Shown piece by piece: positions 1 through 12,152 of a stretch of DNA of 64,000 bases. Under the pieces are notes generated by a model. That model saw nothing but the letters and a program-made list of their open reading frames with translations. It searched no databases and had not been told where the DNA came from. Numbering within the stretch: position 1 is the first letter of the stretch; each line of letters opens with the position of its first letter. The DNA comes from an uncultured Alphaproteobacteria bacterium (GTDB lineage: Bacteria; Pseudomonadota; Alphaproteobacteria; Rhizobiales; Aestuariivirgaceae), in contig CAVUUY010000011.1 of assembly GCA_963744915.1 (NCBI GenBank), positions 46,197 through 110,196 on the forward strand, in the 5' to 3' direction. The position numbers and the translations under genes were made by a program.

Positions 1-1878
1 CCGGCCGACCCGCTCACCCATTTCCGCGAGGCGAGCTGGGAGGAGGCGCTGGATTTCGCCGCCCAGGGCCTTAGGACCATCCGCGAGCGCGACGGCGGCA
101 AGGCACTGGCCGGTTTTGGCTCGGCCAAATGTTCCAACGAGGAGGCCTATCTCTTCCAGAAGCTGGTGCGGGTCGGATTCGGATCGAACAATGTCGATCA
201 CTGCACGCGGCTGTGCCATGCCTCCTCGGTGGCAGCGCTCATGGAGACCATCGGCTCGGGCGCGGTGACCGCACCCTTCACGGCGGTCAAGGATTCCGAC
301 GTGATCATCGTGATCGGCTCCAATCCGACCGAGAACCACCCGGTTGCCGCAACCTATTTCAAGCAGGCGGCGAAACGCGGGGCGGAGCTCATCGTGATGG
401 ACCCGCGCGGCACCGCGCTCAATCGCTACGCCACGCACATGCTGCAGTTCAGGAATGGCAGCGACGTCGCTCTGCTTAATGCGATGATGAATGTGATCAT
501 CACCGAGCGGCTCTACGACATGCAGTACATCCAGGCGCATACCGAAGGGTTCGAGCGGCTCGAGGCGCATATCGCGCCGTTCACGCCGGAGGCGATGGAG
601 CCGGTGTGCGGCATCGATGCCGGCATCATCCGCACCGTTGCCCGCAAATATGCCAAGGCCAATGCGGCGATCATCTTCTGGGGCATGGGCGTTTCCCAGC
701 ACACCCATGGCACCGACAATGCCCGCTGCCTGATCTCGCTCGCGCTGATGTGCGGCCAGGTGGGGCGGGCCGGGACCGGCCTCCATCCGCTGCGCGGCCA
801 GAACAACGTCCAGGGTGCGTCCGACGCCGGGCTCATCCCGATGATGTTCCCGGATTATGTGCGGGTCGGAATCGCGCCAAAGCGCCAAATGCTGGAATCC
901 CTATGGGGCGCCAAGCTCGATCCGGATCCGGGCCTGACCGTCGTCGAGGTGATGGACGCGATTCATGCCGGGGTGATCAAGGGCATGTATATCCAGGGCG
1001 AGAATCCGGCGATGTCGGACCCCGACGTCGCCCATGCTCGCGACGCGCTCGCGTTACTCGAACATCTGGTCGTGCAGGATATCTTTCTTACCGAGACGGC
1101 AATGTATGCCGATGTCATCCTCCCGGCGACCGCGTGGCCCGAGAAGACCGGAACGGTGTCGAACACCAACCGGCAGGTGCAGATGGGCCGCCAGGCCATC
1201 GAAGCTCCGGGTGACGCCAGGCCCGACTGGTGGATCATCATCGAGATCGCCAGGCGCTTCGGCCTGCCCTGGACCTATCGCCACCCCTCCGAGGTGTTTG
1301 CCGAGATGAAGCAGGCAATGCCCTCGCTCGACAACATCACCTGGGAGCGGCTCGAAGGCGAAAGCTCGGTGACCTATCCGTGCCTGGCGCCCGACCGGCC
1401 GGGCGAGCAGATCGTGTTCGCCGATCGCTTCCCGACCGAAACCGGGCTTGGCAAGATCGTGCCGGCGAGCCTGCTTCCGCCCGACGAAGTTCCCGACCGC
1501 GAGTTCCCCTTCGTGCTGTCGACCGGCCGGCAGCTCGAACATTGGCATACCGGGGCGATGACGCGCCGGGCCAGTGTGCTCGATGCGGTCGAGCCCGAGC
1601 CGACCGTGCAGATGAATCCGCACGATATTGCCCGATTCGGCCTATCGCCCGGCGATATGGTGCGGGTCGCGTCGCGCCGCGGCACGATCGACATCAAGGT
1701 CCGCTCGGAGAGCGGTGTCGCCCAAGGGGTGGTCTTCATTCCTTTCGCCTATGTCGAGGCCGCGGCCAATCTCCTGACCAATCCCAAGCTCGATCCGTTC
1801 GGCAAGATTCCGGAGTTCAAATATTGCGCAGTCAGGGTCGAGGCGCTGGGCCAGCCCGGGCGCCAGGCCGCCGAATAG
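1..1878 (+). CDS. formate dehydrogenase alpha subunit (molybdopterin oxidoreductase), 5'-partial
   Basis: Frame 1 is open from nt 1 (PADPLTHFREASWEEALDFAA...). It carries molybdopterin-oxidoreductase motifs: SAKCSNEEAYLFQKL, NNVDHCTRLCHASSV (Cys at the Mo-ligand position) and GSNPTENHPV. The C-terminus reads KIPEFKYCAVRVE. fdhD, mobA, mobB and moeA lie downstream. Confidence 0.85.
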   Translation, partial: PADPLTHFREASWEEALDFAAQGLRTIRERDGGKALAGFGSAKCSNEEAYLFQKLVRVGFGSNNVDHCTRLCHASSVAALMETIGSGAVTAPFTAVKDSDVIIVIGSNPTENHPVAATYFKQAAKRGAELIVMDPRGTALNRYATHMLQFRNGSDVALLNAMMNVIITERLYDMQYIQAHTEGFERLEAHIAPFTPEAMEPVCGIDAGIIRTVARKYAKANAAIIFWGMGVSQHTHGTDNARCLISLALMCGQVGRAGTGLHPLRGQNNVQGASDAGLIPMMFPDYVRVGIAPKRQMLESLWGAKLDPDPGLTVVEVMDAIHAGVIKGMYIQGENPAMSDPDVAHARDALALLEHLVVQDIFLTETAMYADVILPATAWPEKTGTVSNTNRQVQMGRQAIEAPGDARPDWWIIIEIARRFGLPWTYRHPSEVFAEMKQAMPSLDNITWERLEGESSVTYPCLAPDRPGEQIVFADRFPTETGLGKIVPASLLPPDEVPDREFPFVLSTGRQLEHWHTGAMTRRASVLDAVEPEPTVQMNPHDIARFGLSPGDMVRVASRRGTIDIKVRSESGVAQGVVFIPFAYVEAAANLLTNPKLDPFGKIPEFKYCAVRVEALGQPGRQAAE

Positions 1879-1890
1879 GTCCGAACAGCA

Positions 1891-2523
1891 ATGGCCGTGT
1901 TGACCAGATGTTCGATCGTCGGCCGGGTGGCGGCGCTGCTGCGCAACCCCGACCGGGCGAGCGGTCTCGAGAAACAGCCGGCGGAGCGGTTTGGCGTGAC
2001 GTTCGACGGCATTGTCGGCGATTGCCATTCCGGGCGGGTGCGGCCATCCGATAGCCGCATGGTGACGCAGTATCAGAAGGGCACGCCGGTCATCAACACG
2101 CGGCAGGTATCGATTCTCTCGACCGAGGAGCTCCGCGAGATCGCGGTTTCGCTCGGCATTCCGGAACTGCCGCCCGAATGGGTCGGGGCCAATTTGGTGA
2201 CCGCCGGAATTCCCGGTCTGACGCTGCTGCCGCCGGCGACGCGGCTTTCATTCTCGTCAGGTGCCACCCTGATCGTCGATCTCGAAAACGCCCCCTGCCG
2301 CTATGTCGGCGAGGTCATCGACAAGCACCATCCCGGCCGTGGCGCCGGCTTCGTCGCGAGCGCGGCGCATAAGCGTGGCGTGGTGGCGTTTGTCGAGCGC
2401 GAAGGCGAAATCGCCGTCGGCGATGCCATCGTGCTCCATCTTCCGCCACAGCGCCTGTGGCATCATGGCCGGTCGGCTACAGCCCGGAGGATCAGGCCGG
2501 TTCAGGCCGCCGGCCAATCATAA
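1891..2523 (+). CDS. MOSC domain-containing protein
   Basis: 210-aa ORF starting 13 nt after the FDH stop. It has a MOSC-like beta-barrel region (GIVGDCHSG, ENAPCRYVGEVI, GVVAFVEREGEIAVGD). Confidence 0.65.
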   Translation: MAVLTRCSIVGRVAALLRNPDRASGLEKQPAERFGVTFDGIVGDCHSGRVRPSDSRMVTQYQKGTPVINTRQVSILSTEELREIAVSLGIPELPPEWVGANLVTAGIPGLTLLPPATRLSFSSGATLIVDLENAPCRYVGEVIDKHHPGRGAGFVASAAHKRGVVAFVEREGEIAVGDAIVLHLPPQRLWHHGRSATARRIRPVQAAGQS

Positions 2524-2529
2524 AGACTG

Positions 2530-2745
2530 TTAATCATGGTCCTCATATTTGAACGACAGCTTGAGCTTGCTGCGATAGGCCTCGACCTTGCCGTCGGTGA
2601 TGACGAGGTCCTGTTGGACGACTTCGGCGACGCGCAGATCGCGGAGCGTCTGTGCGGCGCGCTCGACCGCCACGCGGGCGGCATCCTCCCACGACTTGCT
2701 GCTGGTTCCCACGAGCTCGATCACCTTGTAGACGCTGTCGGCCAT
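2530..2745 (-). CDS. dodecin family protein (DUF1458)
   Basis: Internal ATG at 2745 of the 152-aa ORF gives 71 aa (MADSVYKVIELVGTSSKSWEDAARVAVERAAQTLRDLRVAEVV...KLKLSFKYE). This is a typical dodecin length and sequence. The N-terminal extension in the ORF track is not protein-like. Confidence 0.8.
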   Translation of the reverse strand: MADSVYKVIELVGTSSKSWEDAARVAVERAAQTLRDLRVAEVVQQDLVITDGKVEAYRSKLKLSFKYEDHD

Positions 2746-2812
2746 GATTTTCACTCCCTGCATTGCTTCCGCTCCGGAGCTTATGTGATATCGGCGATGA
2801 GGCCAACTGCGC

Positions 2813-3703
2813 ATGGATAAGAGACGCGAGCGCGAATTCATCGTCGCGCCCGATCCCGACGACCAGAGGCTCGCCAAGACCGTGACCGGCATCGACCAGG
2901 ACGGTCGCGAGGCCGAGCAGCGCGTCGTCACCGAGCGGCCGCTCACCATCTTCCTCAACGGCCAGGAAATCGTGACGGCGATGACCATCGGCGATCATCC
3001 GAAATGGCTGGCGGTCGGCTATCTGCTCAACCAGGGAATGCTCGGACCGCGGGATGAGATCACCGGCATCGACCATGACTCGGAGCTCGACCTCGTGGTG
3101 GTGCGGACCGCCGCGGTGACCAATTTCGAGGAAAAGCTCAAGAAAAAGATCCGGACCTCGGGTTGCGCCCAGGGCACCATCTTCGGCGATCTGGTCAACT
3201 CGATCGCCGGAATCGAGCTGTCGCGGGATGCCCGGATCCGCACCTCCTGGCTCTATGCGCTGACCCGCAAGATCAACACCCGGCCGTCGCTCTATCTCGC
3301 GGCCGGCGCCATCCATGGCTCGGTGCTCTGCCAGGAAGATCGCCCGCTCATCTATATCGAGGATGTCGGCCGGCACAATGCTGTCGACAAGATCGCCGGC
3401 TACATGATGCTTCACGGGATCGCGCCGGACGACAAGATCTTCTACACGACCGGCCGCCTGACCTCGGAAATGATCCTGAAATGCGTCACCATGCGAATTC
3501 CGATCCTGGTGTCGCGCTCGGGCTTCACCGCCTGGGGCGTGGAGCTGGCGCGCCAAGCGGGGCTGACGCTGATCGGACGGGCGCGCGGCCAGCGGTTCCT
3601 GGCGCTCTCGGGAGCGACGCGGATCGTGTTCGATGCCGATCTGTCGAAAGTCGCCGAGGAGGACCGCCGGCACAACCGCAAAGGTGCCGACAATGGCGAC
3701 TGA
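2813..3703 (+). CDS. fdhD: formate dehydrogenase accessory sulfurtransferase FdhD
   Basis: 296 aa with FdhD hallmarks ([42 protein letters not shown]). Confidence 0.9.
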   Translation: MDKRREREFIVAPDPDDQRLAKTVTGIDQDGREAEQRVVTERPLTIFLNGQEIVTAMTIGDHPKWLAVGYLLNQGMLGPRDEITGIDHDSELDLVVVRTAAVTNFEEKLKKKIRTSGCAQGTIFGDLVNSIAGIELSRDARIRTSWLYALTRKINTRPSLYLAAGAIHGSVLCQEDRPLIYIEDVGRHNAVDKIAGYMMLHGIAPDDKIFYTTGRLTSEMILKCVTMRIPILVSRSGFTAWGVELARQAGLTLIGRARGQRFLALSGATRIVFDADLSKVAEEDRRHNRKGADNGD

Positions 3704-4313
3704 GGTGGTTGGAGCAATACTCGCCGGCGGTTTGGCGCGGCGCATGGGCGGCGGCGACAAGGCGCTCGCCCGGGTTGCGGGCCGGCCGATCCTTTCGCAT
3801 GTGATCGAGCGGCTCGCGCCGCAGGTCGATGCCGTGATCCTCAATGCCAATGGCGATGCCCGCCGCTTTGCCGATTTCGGCCTGCCGGTGGTGCCGGATT
3901 CGGTCGCCGGCTTCCCTGGTCCCCTGGCCGGCGTGCTGGCGGCGCTGGAATGGACCCTGGTGCACCGCCAGGGCGCCCGGTTCGTGGTGACGGCGGCCGG
4001 CGACACGCCCTTCGTGCCGCTTGATCTGGTCATGCGCCTGATGACGGCGGCGACGGTGGAGCGGGCCGATCTGGCGGTAGCGGCATCGGGCGGGCGGACG
4101 CACCCGGTGTTCGCCCTGTGGCCGGTTGCCGCGGCGCGGGCGCTCAGGCAGGCCCTTGTCGAGGAGGAGATCCGCAAGGTCGACCGGTTCAGCGCCCGCT
4201 ACCGGGTGGCAACAGTGGTGTTCGACGATGCGACGGGCGATCCGTTCTTCAACATCAACGCGCCGGACGACCTCGACGAGGCCGAGCGCCTGTGGCTGCG
4301 GAGCCGGCCGTGA
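3693..4313 (+). CDS. mobA: molybdenum cofactor guanylyltransferase MobA
   Basis: The ATG at 3693 overlaps the fdhD stop (ATGGCGACTGA). The N-terminus [25 protein letters not shown] is the MobA nucleotide-binding motif. The ORF-track start at 3633 lies inside fdhD. Confidence 0.85.
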   Translation: MATEVVGAILAGGLARRMGGGDKALARVAGRPILSHVIERLAPQVDAVILNANGDARRFADFGLPVVPDSVAGFPGPLAGVLAALEWTLVHRQGARFVVTAAGDTPFVPLDLVMRLMTAATVERADLAVAASGGRTHPVFALWPVAAARALRQALVEEEIRKVDRFSARYRVATVVFDDATGDPFFNINAPDDLDEAERLWLRSRP

Positions 4314-4822
4314 CCAGGCGCGTGCTCGGCATCGCCGGCTTCAAGAATTCCGGCAAGACGACATTGACGGTGCGGCTGCTCGAGGAGCTGACGCGGCGCG
4401 GCTACCGGATGGCCACGGTCAAGCATGCGCACCACTCCTTCGACATCGATCATGCCGGGCGCGACAGCTATCGCCATCGCCAGGCCGGGGCGCGGGAAGT
4501 GGCGGTGGTGTCGCGTCATCGCTGGGCCCTGATGCATGAACTTGACGGCTCGCCGGCGGACGAGCCGTCGCTGCAGGAGATACTCGGCAAGCTCGGGCCC
4601 TGTGATCTGGTGCTGGTCGAGGGCTACAAGCGGGAAGGGCACCCCAAGATCGAGGTCCGCGATGTCGGGCAGGATGCGCCGCTGCTGGCGGCCTCGGACG
4701 CGACCGTCATCGCCGTTGCCGCCAATGGCCCGGTCGCCGGCGTGTCGGTGCCGGTGTTCGATCGCGACGATCATCATGGGCTTGCCGATTTCGTGGCGGC
4801 TTGGGCGGAGCTTCGGCGGTGA
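4310..4822 (+). CDS. mobB: molybdopterin-guanine dinucleotide biosynthesis adaptor MobB
   Basis: The GTG at 4310 overlaps the mobA TGA (GTGA). It begins [19 protein letters not shown] (P-loop) and has EGYK downstream. The upstream part of the 234-aa ORF overlaps mobA. Confidence 0.85.
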   Translation: MTRRVLGIAGFKNSGKTTLTVRLLEELTRRGYRMATVKHAHHSFDIDHAGRDSYRHRQAGAREVAVVSRHRWALMHELDGSPADEPSLQEILGKLGPCDLVLVEGYKREGHPKIEVRDVGQDAPLLAASDATVIAVAANGPVAGVSVPVFDRDDHHGLADFVAAWAELRR

Positions 4823-6075
4823 CGCGGCGGCTTCCCGACGACTGCTTCCAGCATGGCCGCGACCGGCTGAGCCATGAGGCCGCAATCGCGCTGATCGCCG
4901 AGCGGCTCAGGCCGGTCGCCGAGCCGGAGGAGGTGGAGCTCGGCCAGGCCCATGGCCGGGTCATCGCCGCCGATATGTTGGCGCCGCGCGATGTGCCGCA
5001 ATTCACCAATTCGGCGGTCGACGGCTATGCGCTGGCGCATGCCTCGCTCGGCGCCGACGCGGGCCTCCATGCCGTCACGGCGCGGGCGGCGGCCGGTCAT
5101 CCGGCGAAAACGCGGGTCGGCCCGGGCGAGGCGGCGCGGATCTTCACTGGCGCGACGATGCCCGAAGGCACCGACACGGTCATCATGCAGGAGGATGTCA
5201 CGCTCGAGGCTGGCCGGATCCGGGTTTCCGGCACGGTCCGCCTCGGCGCCAATGTGCGCCACGCCGGGGAGGATCTCCGTGCCGGTCAGGTTGCGGTCAG
5301 GGCGGGAACCAGGCTACGGCCGCAGGAAATTGCGGCGATTGCCTCGACCGGGGCCGACCGGGTGCCATGCCACCGCCGGCTCAAGGTTGGCGTGCTGTCG
5401 ACCGGCGACGAGCTGGTGGAGCCGGGCCAGCCGCTGGCGCCCGGCCAGGTCTTCGATTCCAATCGCCACCTGCTTGCCGGGCTGCTCGCCGCGCAGGGCG
5501 TAGCGATGGTGGCGCTCGGCACCGCCGGCGACACGGCGGAGGCGCTGGAGGCGCGGCTGCGCCAGGCAGCGGCGGCGTGCGACGTCATCCTCACCACCGG
5601 TGGCGTCAGCCGCGGCGAGAGCGACCTCGTGGTCGAGACGATCCGTCGGCTCGGGTCGCTCTATGCCTGGCAGATCGCGGTCAAGCCGGGCCGGCCGCTG
5701 GCGATGGGCCAGATCGGCGATGCGGTGATCTTCGGCCTGCCGGGCAATCCGGTGGCGGTGTTCGTCACCTTCCTGCTCTATGCGGTGCCGATGCTGGCGC
5801 GGCTCCAGGGGGCGGCGGTCCGTGAGCCGCGGCGCTATCCCGTCAAGGCGGGGTTCGACTTTACCGGGCGAAAGCACGGCCGGCGGGAGTTCTGGCGCGG
5901 CCGGATCGTCGATGGCCCGGACGGCCCGCGGCTGATGAAGTTCGAACGCGACGGTTCCGGCCTGATTTCGGGCCTGGTCCAGGCCGAAGGGCTGATCGAT
6001 GTCCCGGAATCGACGGGCGACGTCCGTGCCGGCGATCTCCTTGGGTTCATTCCGTTCCGGGAATTCGGGCTCTAG
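4819..6075 (+). CDS. moeA: molybdopterin molybdotransferase MoeA
   Basis: MoeA domains are present (NSAVDGYA, TGGVSRGESD, GLPGNPVA). The GTG at 4819 overlaps the mobB TGA; an alternative TTG start lies at 4801. Confidence 0.85.
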   Translation: MTRRLPDDCFQHGRDRLSHEAAIALIAERLRPVAEPEEVELGQAHGRVIAADMLAPRDVPQFTNSAVDGYALAHASLGADAGLHAVTARAAAGHPAKTRVGPGEAARIFTGATMPEGTDTVIMQEDVTLEAGRIRVSGTVRLGANVRHAGEDLRAGQVAVRAGTRLRPQEIAAIASTGADRVPCHRRLKVGVLSTGDELVEPGQPLAPGQVFDSNRHLLAGLLAAQGVAMVALGTAGDTAEALEARLRQAAAACDVILTTGGVSRGESDLVVETIRRLGSLYAWQIAVKPGRPLAMGQIGDAVIFGLPGNPVAVFVTFLLYAVPMLARLQGAAVREPRRYPVKAGFDFTGRKHGRREFWRGRIVDGPDGPRLMKFERDGSGLISGLVQAEGLIDVPESTGDVRAGDLLGFIPFREFGL

Positions 6076-6138
6076 CGGGGGCGGTGGAAGACGGCTAAAT
6101 ATCGCCTTATCGCACGTCATTGGAGAGTTAGAGCCCCC

Positions 6139-7548
<1,410 letters not shown>

Positions 7549-7655
7549 AGTTGAATCCTAGATGCGAATATGGTGAAAGGCAGTTAAGGGGATCCTAAGT
7601 GCTCACATGATAGGGGTGGTCCCGGGTTTGGGACCAGAAAAGAGGGGGGTCGGGG

Positions 7656-7802
7656 ATGTCGACTGTCACCGCTGATGCGCGTTTTCTGCGGCGCATACTG
7701 ATTGGGCTTATACTTGCCACGGTGCTGGCAGGTGCTGCGACCGGGCTTGTCACGGTCGAAGCGGCGTCGCCAGGATTGTTGGCTGACGTCGTGGGACGTT
7801 GA
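7656..7802 (+). CDS. hypothetical small membrane peptide (48 aa)
   Basis: Not in the ORF track (under 60 aa). An ATG is preceded by AGAGGGGGG. The peptide is [48 protein letters not shown], with one predicted TM helix. Its TGA overlaps the TTG start of the next ORF (cgTTGAtc). There is no homology evidence. Confidence 0.3.
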   Translation: MSTVTADARFLRRILIGLILATVLAGAATGLVTVEAASPGLLADVVGR

Positions 7803-8224
7803 TCGGAAACGACAAAGATCTCAGTAAACTGGCCGGGCTGCTGTCGCCGACAGCGGTCGAATTCGAAGCCCTTGCCGAGGCGAGCTGGCAGGCGCTGCCG
7901 GAATTGTTCCGGCGCTCCGTCGGGCGAATCGTGATTCGCATCGAGGAATGGCCGGGCGAGGCAGCGCTGGCCGAGCTCGGGCTTGATTCGCCCTATGATC
8001 TGCTCGGGCTGTTCCGCGGCATCGGCATGGCCCATGCCAGCGTCACCCATCCGACGGTCGAGCCCAATATGGTGTTCCTGTTCCGGCGCCCGATCCTCGA
8101 TTACTGGGCCGAGCATGAGGAGACGCTCGGCAACCTGATCACCCATGTGCTGGTGCATGAGATCGGCCATCATTTCGGCCTGTCGGATGAAGACATGGCG
8201 CGAATCGAGGCCGGCACGGCGTGA
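7799..8224 (+). CDS. metallopeptidase family protein (zincin-like, DUF1025-type)
   Basis: 141 aa with an HExxH motif in [16 protein letters not shown], as in the small conserved alphaproteobacterial metallopeptidase family. The start (TTG at 7799) is uncertain. Confidence 0.7.
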   Translation: MIGNDKDLSKLAGLLSPTAVEFEALAEASWQALPELFRRSVGRIVIRIEEWPGEAALAELGLDSPYDLLGLFRGIGMAHASVTHPTVEPNMVFLFRRPILDYWAEHEETLGNLITHVLVHEIGHHFGLSDEDMARIEAGTA

Positions 8225-8289
8225 GCGCTTGCCAGGAGGCAGGCCAGGGCTTACCGATCAGCCAGCAGCGACCAGCAGGGCTTCGAGCG

Positions 8290-9402
8290 ATGACATCCTA
8301 CAAGCTTTTTCTCCTCGCCGGCGACGGCATCGGCCCGGAAGTGATGGGCGAGCTCAAGACCTTGATCGCGTGGTTCAATTCGGCCGGCATTGCCAGGTTC
8401 GAGATCGAGGAAGGCCTGGTCGGCGGGGTGGCCTACGACAGCCATGGCGAGGCGATCTCGGAAAGCGACATGGCCAAGGCGATGGCCAGCGACGCGGTGC
8501 TGTTCGGCGCGGTCGGTGGCCCGAAATGGGATGGTGTCCCCTACGACAAGCGGCCGGAAGCGGGCCTGCTGCGGCTCAGGAGGGACCTTGCGCTCTACGC
8601 CAATCTCCGGCCGGCGATCTGCTATCCGGCATTGGCCGACGCCTCCTCGCTCAAGCGCGAGGTGGTCGAGGGGCTCGACCTCCTGTTCGTGCGCGAGCTG
8701 ACCGGCGGGGTCTATTTCGGCGAGCCGAAAACCATCGTCGATCTTGGCAACGGCCAGAAGCGCGCCACCGACACCCAGGTCTATGACACATTCGAGATCG
8801 AGCGGGTGGCGCGGGTGGCGTTCGACCTGGCCCGCCAGCGGCGCAACAAGGTCCATTCGGCCGAGAAGCGCAATGTGATGAAATCGGGCGTGCTGTGGAA
8901 CGAGGTGGTCGGCAAGGTGCATCGCGACAGCTACCGCGACGTCGAGCTCGAGCACATTCTTGCCGACAATTGCGGCATGCAGCTGGTGCGGGCGCCGAAG
9001 CAGTTCGACGTGATCGTCACCGACAATTTGTTCGGCGATGTCCTGTCGGACGTGGCGGCGATGCTGACGGGATCGCTGGGCATGCTGCCCTCGGCATCGC
9101 TCGGCGCCGCCGATCCGAAAAGCGGCCGGCGCAGGGCGCTGTACGAGCCGGTGCACGGCTCGGCGCCGGACATCGCCGGCAGGGGGATCGCCAACCCGAT
9201 TGCCATGGTCGCCTCTTTCGCCATGGCCTTGCGCTATTCCTTCGAACTCAAGCGCTGGGCGGATCTCCTGGACGAGGCGATCGCCGCCGCGCTCGCCCGC
9301 AACATCCGCACCGGCGACATCATGCAGCCGGGAATGAAGCGGGTCGGCACCCGCGAGATGGGCGATGCCATTCGCGAGGAACTGCTGCGCCGCGCCGGGT
9401 GA
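8290..9402 (+). CDS. leuB: 3-isopropylmalate dehydrogenase
   Basis: Internal ATG at 8290 gives [18 protein letters not shown]. Also present are [21 protein letters not shown] and [12 protein letters not shown]. Confidence 0.95.
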   Translation: MTSYKLFLLAGDGIGPEVMGELKTLIAWFNSAGIARFEIEEGLVGGVAYDSHGEAISESDMAKAMASDAVLFGAVGGPKWDGVPYDKRPEAGLLRLRRDLALYANLRPAICYPALADASSLKREVVEGLDLLFVRELTGGVYFGEPKTIVDLGNGQKRATDTQVYDTFEIERVARVAFDLARQRRNKVHSAEKRNVMKSGVLWNEVVGKVHRDSYRDVELEHILADNCGMQLVRAPKQFDVIVTDNLFGDVLSDVAAMLTGSLGMLPSASLGAADPKSGRRRALYEPVHGSAPDIAGRGIANPIAMVASFAMALRYSFELKRWADLLDEAIAAALARNIRTGDIMQPGMKRVGTREMGDAIREELLRRAG

Positions 9403-9492
9403 GAGGCGCAAATTCCGCCAGAAACTCTCCTCTAGTTGACTGCGCGGCAAATGATGTTATCGAAAGCTGCCGCAAGCCAAGGATCACTCAAG

Positions 9493-10530
9493 ATGGGCTA
9501 CAAGGTTGCAGTCGTCGGCGCCACCGGCAATGTCGGCCGGGAAATGCTGAACATTCTCGCCGAGCGCGAATTTCCGGTGGACCAGGCCTATGCCATCGCC
9601 TCCCGCCGGTCGCTCGGAACCGAGGTGTCCTTCGGCGACAAGGTGCTCAAATGCCTCGATCTCGACCAGTTCGACTTCTCGAAGGTCGATTTCTGCCTGA
9701 TGTCGGCCGGCTCGGCGGTTTCCAAGGAGTGGTCGCCGCGCATCGGCGCGACCGGGGCCATCGTGATCGACAATTCATCCTGCTGGCGCTACGACGCCGA
9801 GGTGCCGCTGATCGTGCCCGAGGTCAACGCGGCTGCCCTCGTCGACTATATGGGCCGGCCCAAGCGGCGCAACATCATCGCCAATCCCAATTGCTCCACG
9901 GCACAGCTGGTGGTGGTGCTGAAGCCGCTGCATGATCTTGCCCGCATCAGCCGGGTGGTGGTCGCGACCTATCAGTCGGTGTCGGGCGCCGGCAAGGACG
10001 CGATGGACGAGTTGTGGAATCAGACGAAGGGCATCTTCGTCACCGATCTGCCGGAGCCGAAGACCTTCACCAAGCAGATCGCTTTCAATGTCATTCCGCA
10101 TATCGACGTGTTCATGGATTCGGGCGACACGCGCGAAGAGTGGAAAATAATGGCGGAAACCAAGAAGATCCTCGATCCCAAGATCAAGCTTACCGCGACC
10201 TGCGTGCGGGTGCCGGTGTTCGTCGGCCATTCGGAGGCGGTGAACATCGCCTTCGAGCGGCCGATTTCGGCCGAGGAAGCGCGCGAGACGCTGCGCGAGT
10301 CTCCAGGTTGTCTGGTTGTCGACAAGCGCGAGGATGGCGGCTATGTGACGCCGGTCGAATGCGTCGGTGATTTCGCGACCTATATCTCGCGCATCCGCGA
10401 GGACATCACCATCGAGAACGGCCTCAATCTGTGGATCGTGTCCGACAATCTGCGGAAGGGGGCGGCGCTCAACACGGTACAGATCGCCGAGACCATCATC
10501 AATCGCGGGCTCATGCGGAAGGCAGCCTGA
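9493..10530 (+). CDS. asd: aspartate-semialdehyde dehydrogenase
   Basis: ATG at 9493 gives MGYKVAVVGATGNVGREM. The active-site region is IANPNCSTAQLVVVLKPL. The upstream TTG extension is non-conserved. Confidence 0.95.
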   Translation: MGYKVAVVGATGNVGREMLNILAEREFPVDQAYAIASRRSLGTEVSFGDKVLKCLDLDQFDFSKVDFCLMSAGSAVSKEWSPRIGATGAIVIDNSSCWRYDAEVPLIVPEVNAAALVDYMGRPKRRNIIANPNCSTAQLVVVLKPLHDLARISRVVVATYQSVSGAGKDAMDELWNQTKGIFVTDLPEPKTFTKQIAFNVIPHIDVFMDSGDTREEWKIMAETKKILDPKIKLTATCVRVPVFVGHSEAVNIAFERPISAEEARETLRESPGCLVVDKREDGGYVTPVECVGDFATYISRIREDITIENGLNLWIVSDNLRKGAALNTVQIAETIINRGLMRKAA

Positions 10531-10536
10531 GGGCGA

Positions 10537-12132
10537 ATGGCCGATCAGCAGTCGATCACGGTTCGGCGGGCGCTGATTTCGCTGTCCGACAAGAGCGGAC
10601 TTGTCGCGCTTGCCCGCGGGCTGATCGATTGCGGCGTGGAATTGCTGTCGACCGGCGGCACGGCGCGGGCGCTAGCCGAGGCGGGATTTGCGGTCACCGA
10701 AATCGAGAGCGTCACCGGCTTCCCGGAGATTCTCGGCGGCCGGGTGAAGACGCTCCATCCGAGGGTGCATGGCGGCCTGCTCGGCATTCGCGGCGATGCG
10801 CGGCATGAAGACGAGATGCGGCGCCATGGCATTCGGCCGATCGATCTCCTGGCGGTCACGCTTTACCCCTTCGAGGCGGCGCGGGCGCGCGGCGCGACGG
10901 CCGACGAGCTCATCGAGACGATCGACATTGGCGGGCCGGCAATGATCAGGGCAGCGGCCAAGAACAGCGCGGCGGTGACGGTGATCGTCGATCCCGACGA
11001 TTACCCCGCGGTGGTCGAGGCGATGCGCCAGTCCGGCGGGATGGTCCCGGCTGCCTTGCGCCAGGCGCTCGCCGCCAAGGCATTTGCCCGTACCGCCGCT
11101 TATGATGCCGCGATCAGCCATTATCTCGCCAGCCGGGCCGGCGGCGAGGCCGAGCGGTGGGCGGCAATCGGCGGCCGGCTCGTCTCGCGGCTGCGCTACG
11201 GCGAGAACCCGCAGCAATGGGCCGCCTTCTACGCCACCGGCGAGCCCCGGCCGGGCGTGGCGAGCGCCCGCCAGTTGCAAGGGAAGGAGCTCTCCTACAA
11301 CAATATCAACGATGCCGACGCGGCCTTCGAATGCGTCGCCGAGTTCGCTCCGGATGCCGCGGCGGCCTGCGTGATCGTGAAGCACGCAAATCCCTGCGGA
11401 GCCGCTGTCGCGACCACGCTGGAGCAGGCTTATCGGCTGGCGCTGCGGGCCGATCCGGTCAGCGCCTTTGGCGGTATCGTCGCCTTCAACCGGCCGCTCG
11501 ATGCGGCTGCGGCGCAGGCCGTTTCGGAGATCTTCACCGAGGTCGTCATGGCGCCGGCGGCGGACGAGGCGGCGCTCGAGATCCTCGCCAGGGTCAAGAA
11601 TCTGCGCCTTCTGCTGACCGACGGCATGCCCGACCCGTCGGCCGCCGGAACGAGCTTCCGCTCGGTGGCCGGTGGATTCCTGCTGCAGTCGCGCGACAAT
11701 GCCGGGCCCGAGGCGTCGGAGCTCAGGGTCGTGACCCGTCGCCAGCCCAGCGCTGCCGAGCGCGCCGACATGCTGTTTGCCATGAAGGTCGCCAAGCATG
11801 TCAAATCGAATGCGATCGTGCTGGCCAGGGACGGGGCGACGGTCGGGATCGGGGCGGGGCAGATGTCGCGCGTCGATTCCTGCCGCGTGGCGATCGACAA
11901 GGCTGAGGCGGCGGCGCGCGCCGCCGGTCTCGAACGGTCGCTGAGCGAGGGTTCGGTGGTGGCATCGGATGCATTTTTTCCGTTTGCCGACGGCCTGATG
12001 GCGGCGGTGGCCGGCGGCGCCCGGGCGGCCATCCAGCCTGGCGGATCGGTGCGCGACGGCGAGGTCATCGCGGCGGCCGACCAGGCCGGCATCAGCATGG
12101 TGTTCACCGGTTTGCGACATTTCCGCCACTGA
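10537..12132 (+). CDS. purH: bifunctional AICAR formyltransferase / IMP cyclohydrolase
   Basis: 531 aa with [35 protein letters not shown] and FFPFADG. Confidence 0.95.
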   Translation: MADQQSITVRRALISLSDKSGLVALARGLIDCGVELLSTGGTARALAEAGFAVTEIESVTGFPEILGGRVKTLHPRVHGGLLGIRGDARHEDEMRRHGIRPIDLLAVTLYPFEAARARGATADELIETIDIGGPAMIRAAAKNSAAVTVIVDPDDYPAVVEAMRQSGGMVPAALRQALAAKAFARTAAYDAAISHYLASRAGGEAERWAAIGGRLVSRLRYGENPQQWAAFYATGEPRPGVASARQLQGKELSYNNINDADAAFECVAEFAPDAAAACVIVKHANPCGAAVATTLEQAYRLALRADPVSAFGGIVAFNRPLDAAAAQAVSEIFTEVVMAPAADEAALEILARVKNLRLLLTDGMPDPSAAGTSFRSVAGGFLLQSRDNAGPEASELRVVTRRQPSAAERADMLFAMKVAKHVKSNAIVLARDGATVGIGAGQMSRVDSCRVAIDKAEAAARAAGLERSLSEGSVVASDAFFPFADGLMAAVAGGARAAIQPGGSVRDGEVIAAADQAGISMVFTGLRHFRH

Positions 12133-12152
12133 TATCGAAGGGGATCGAGGAA

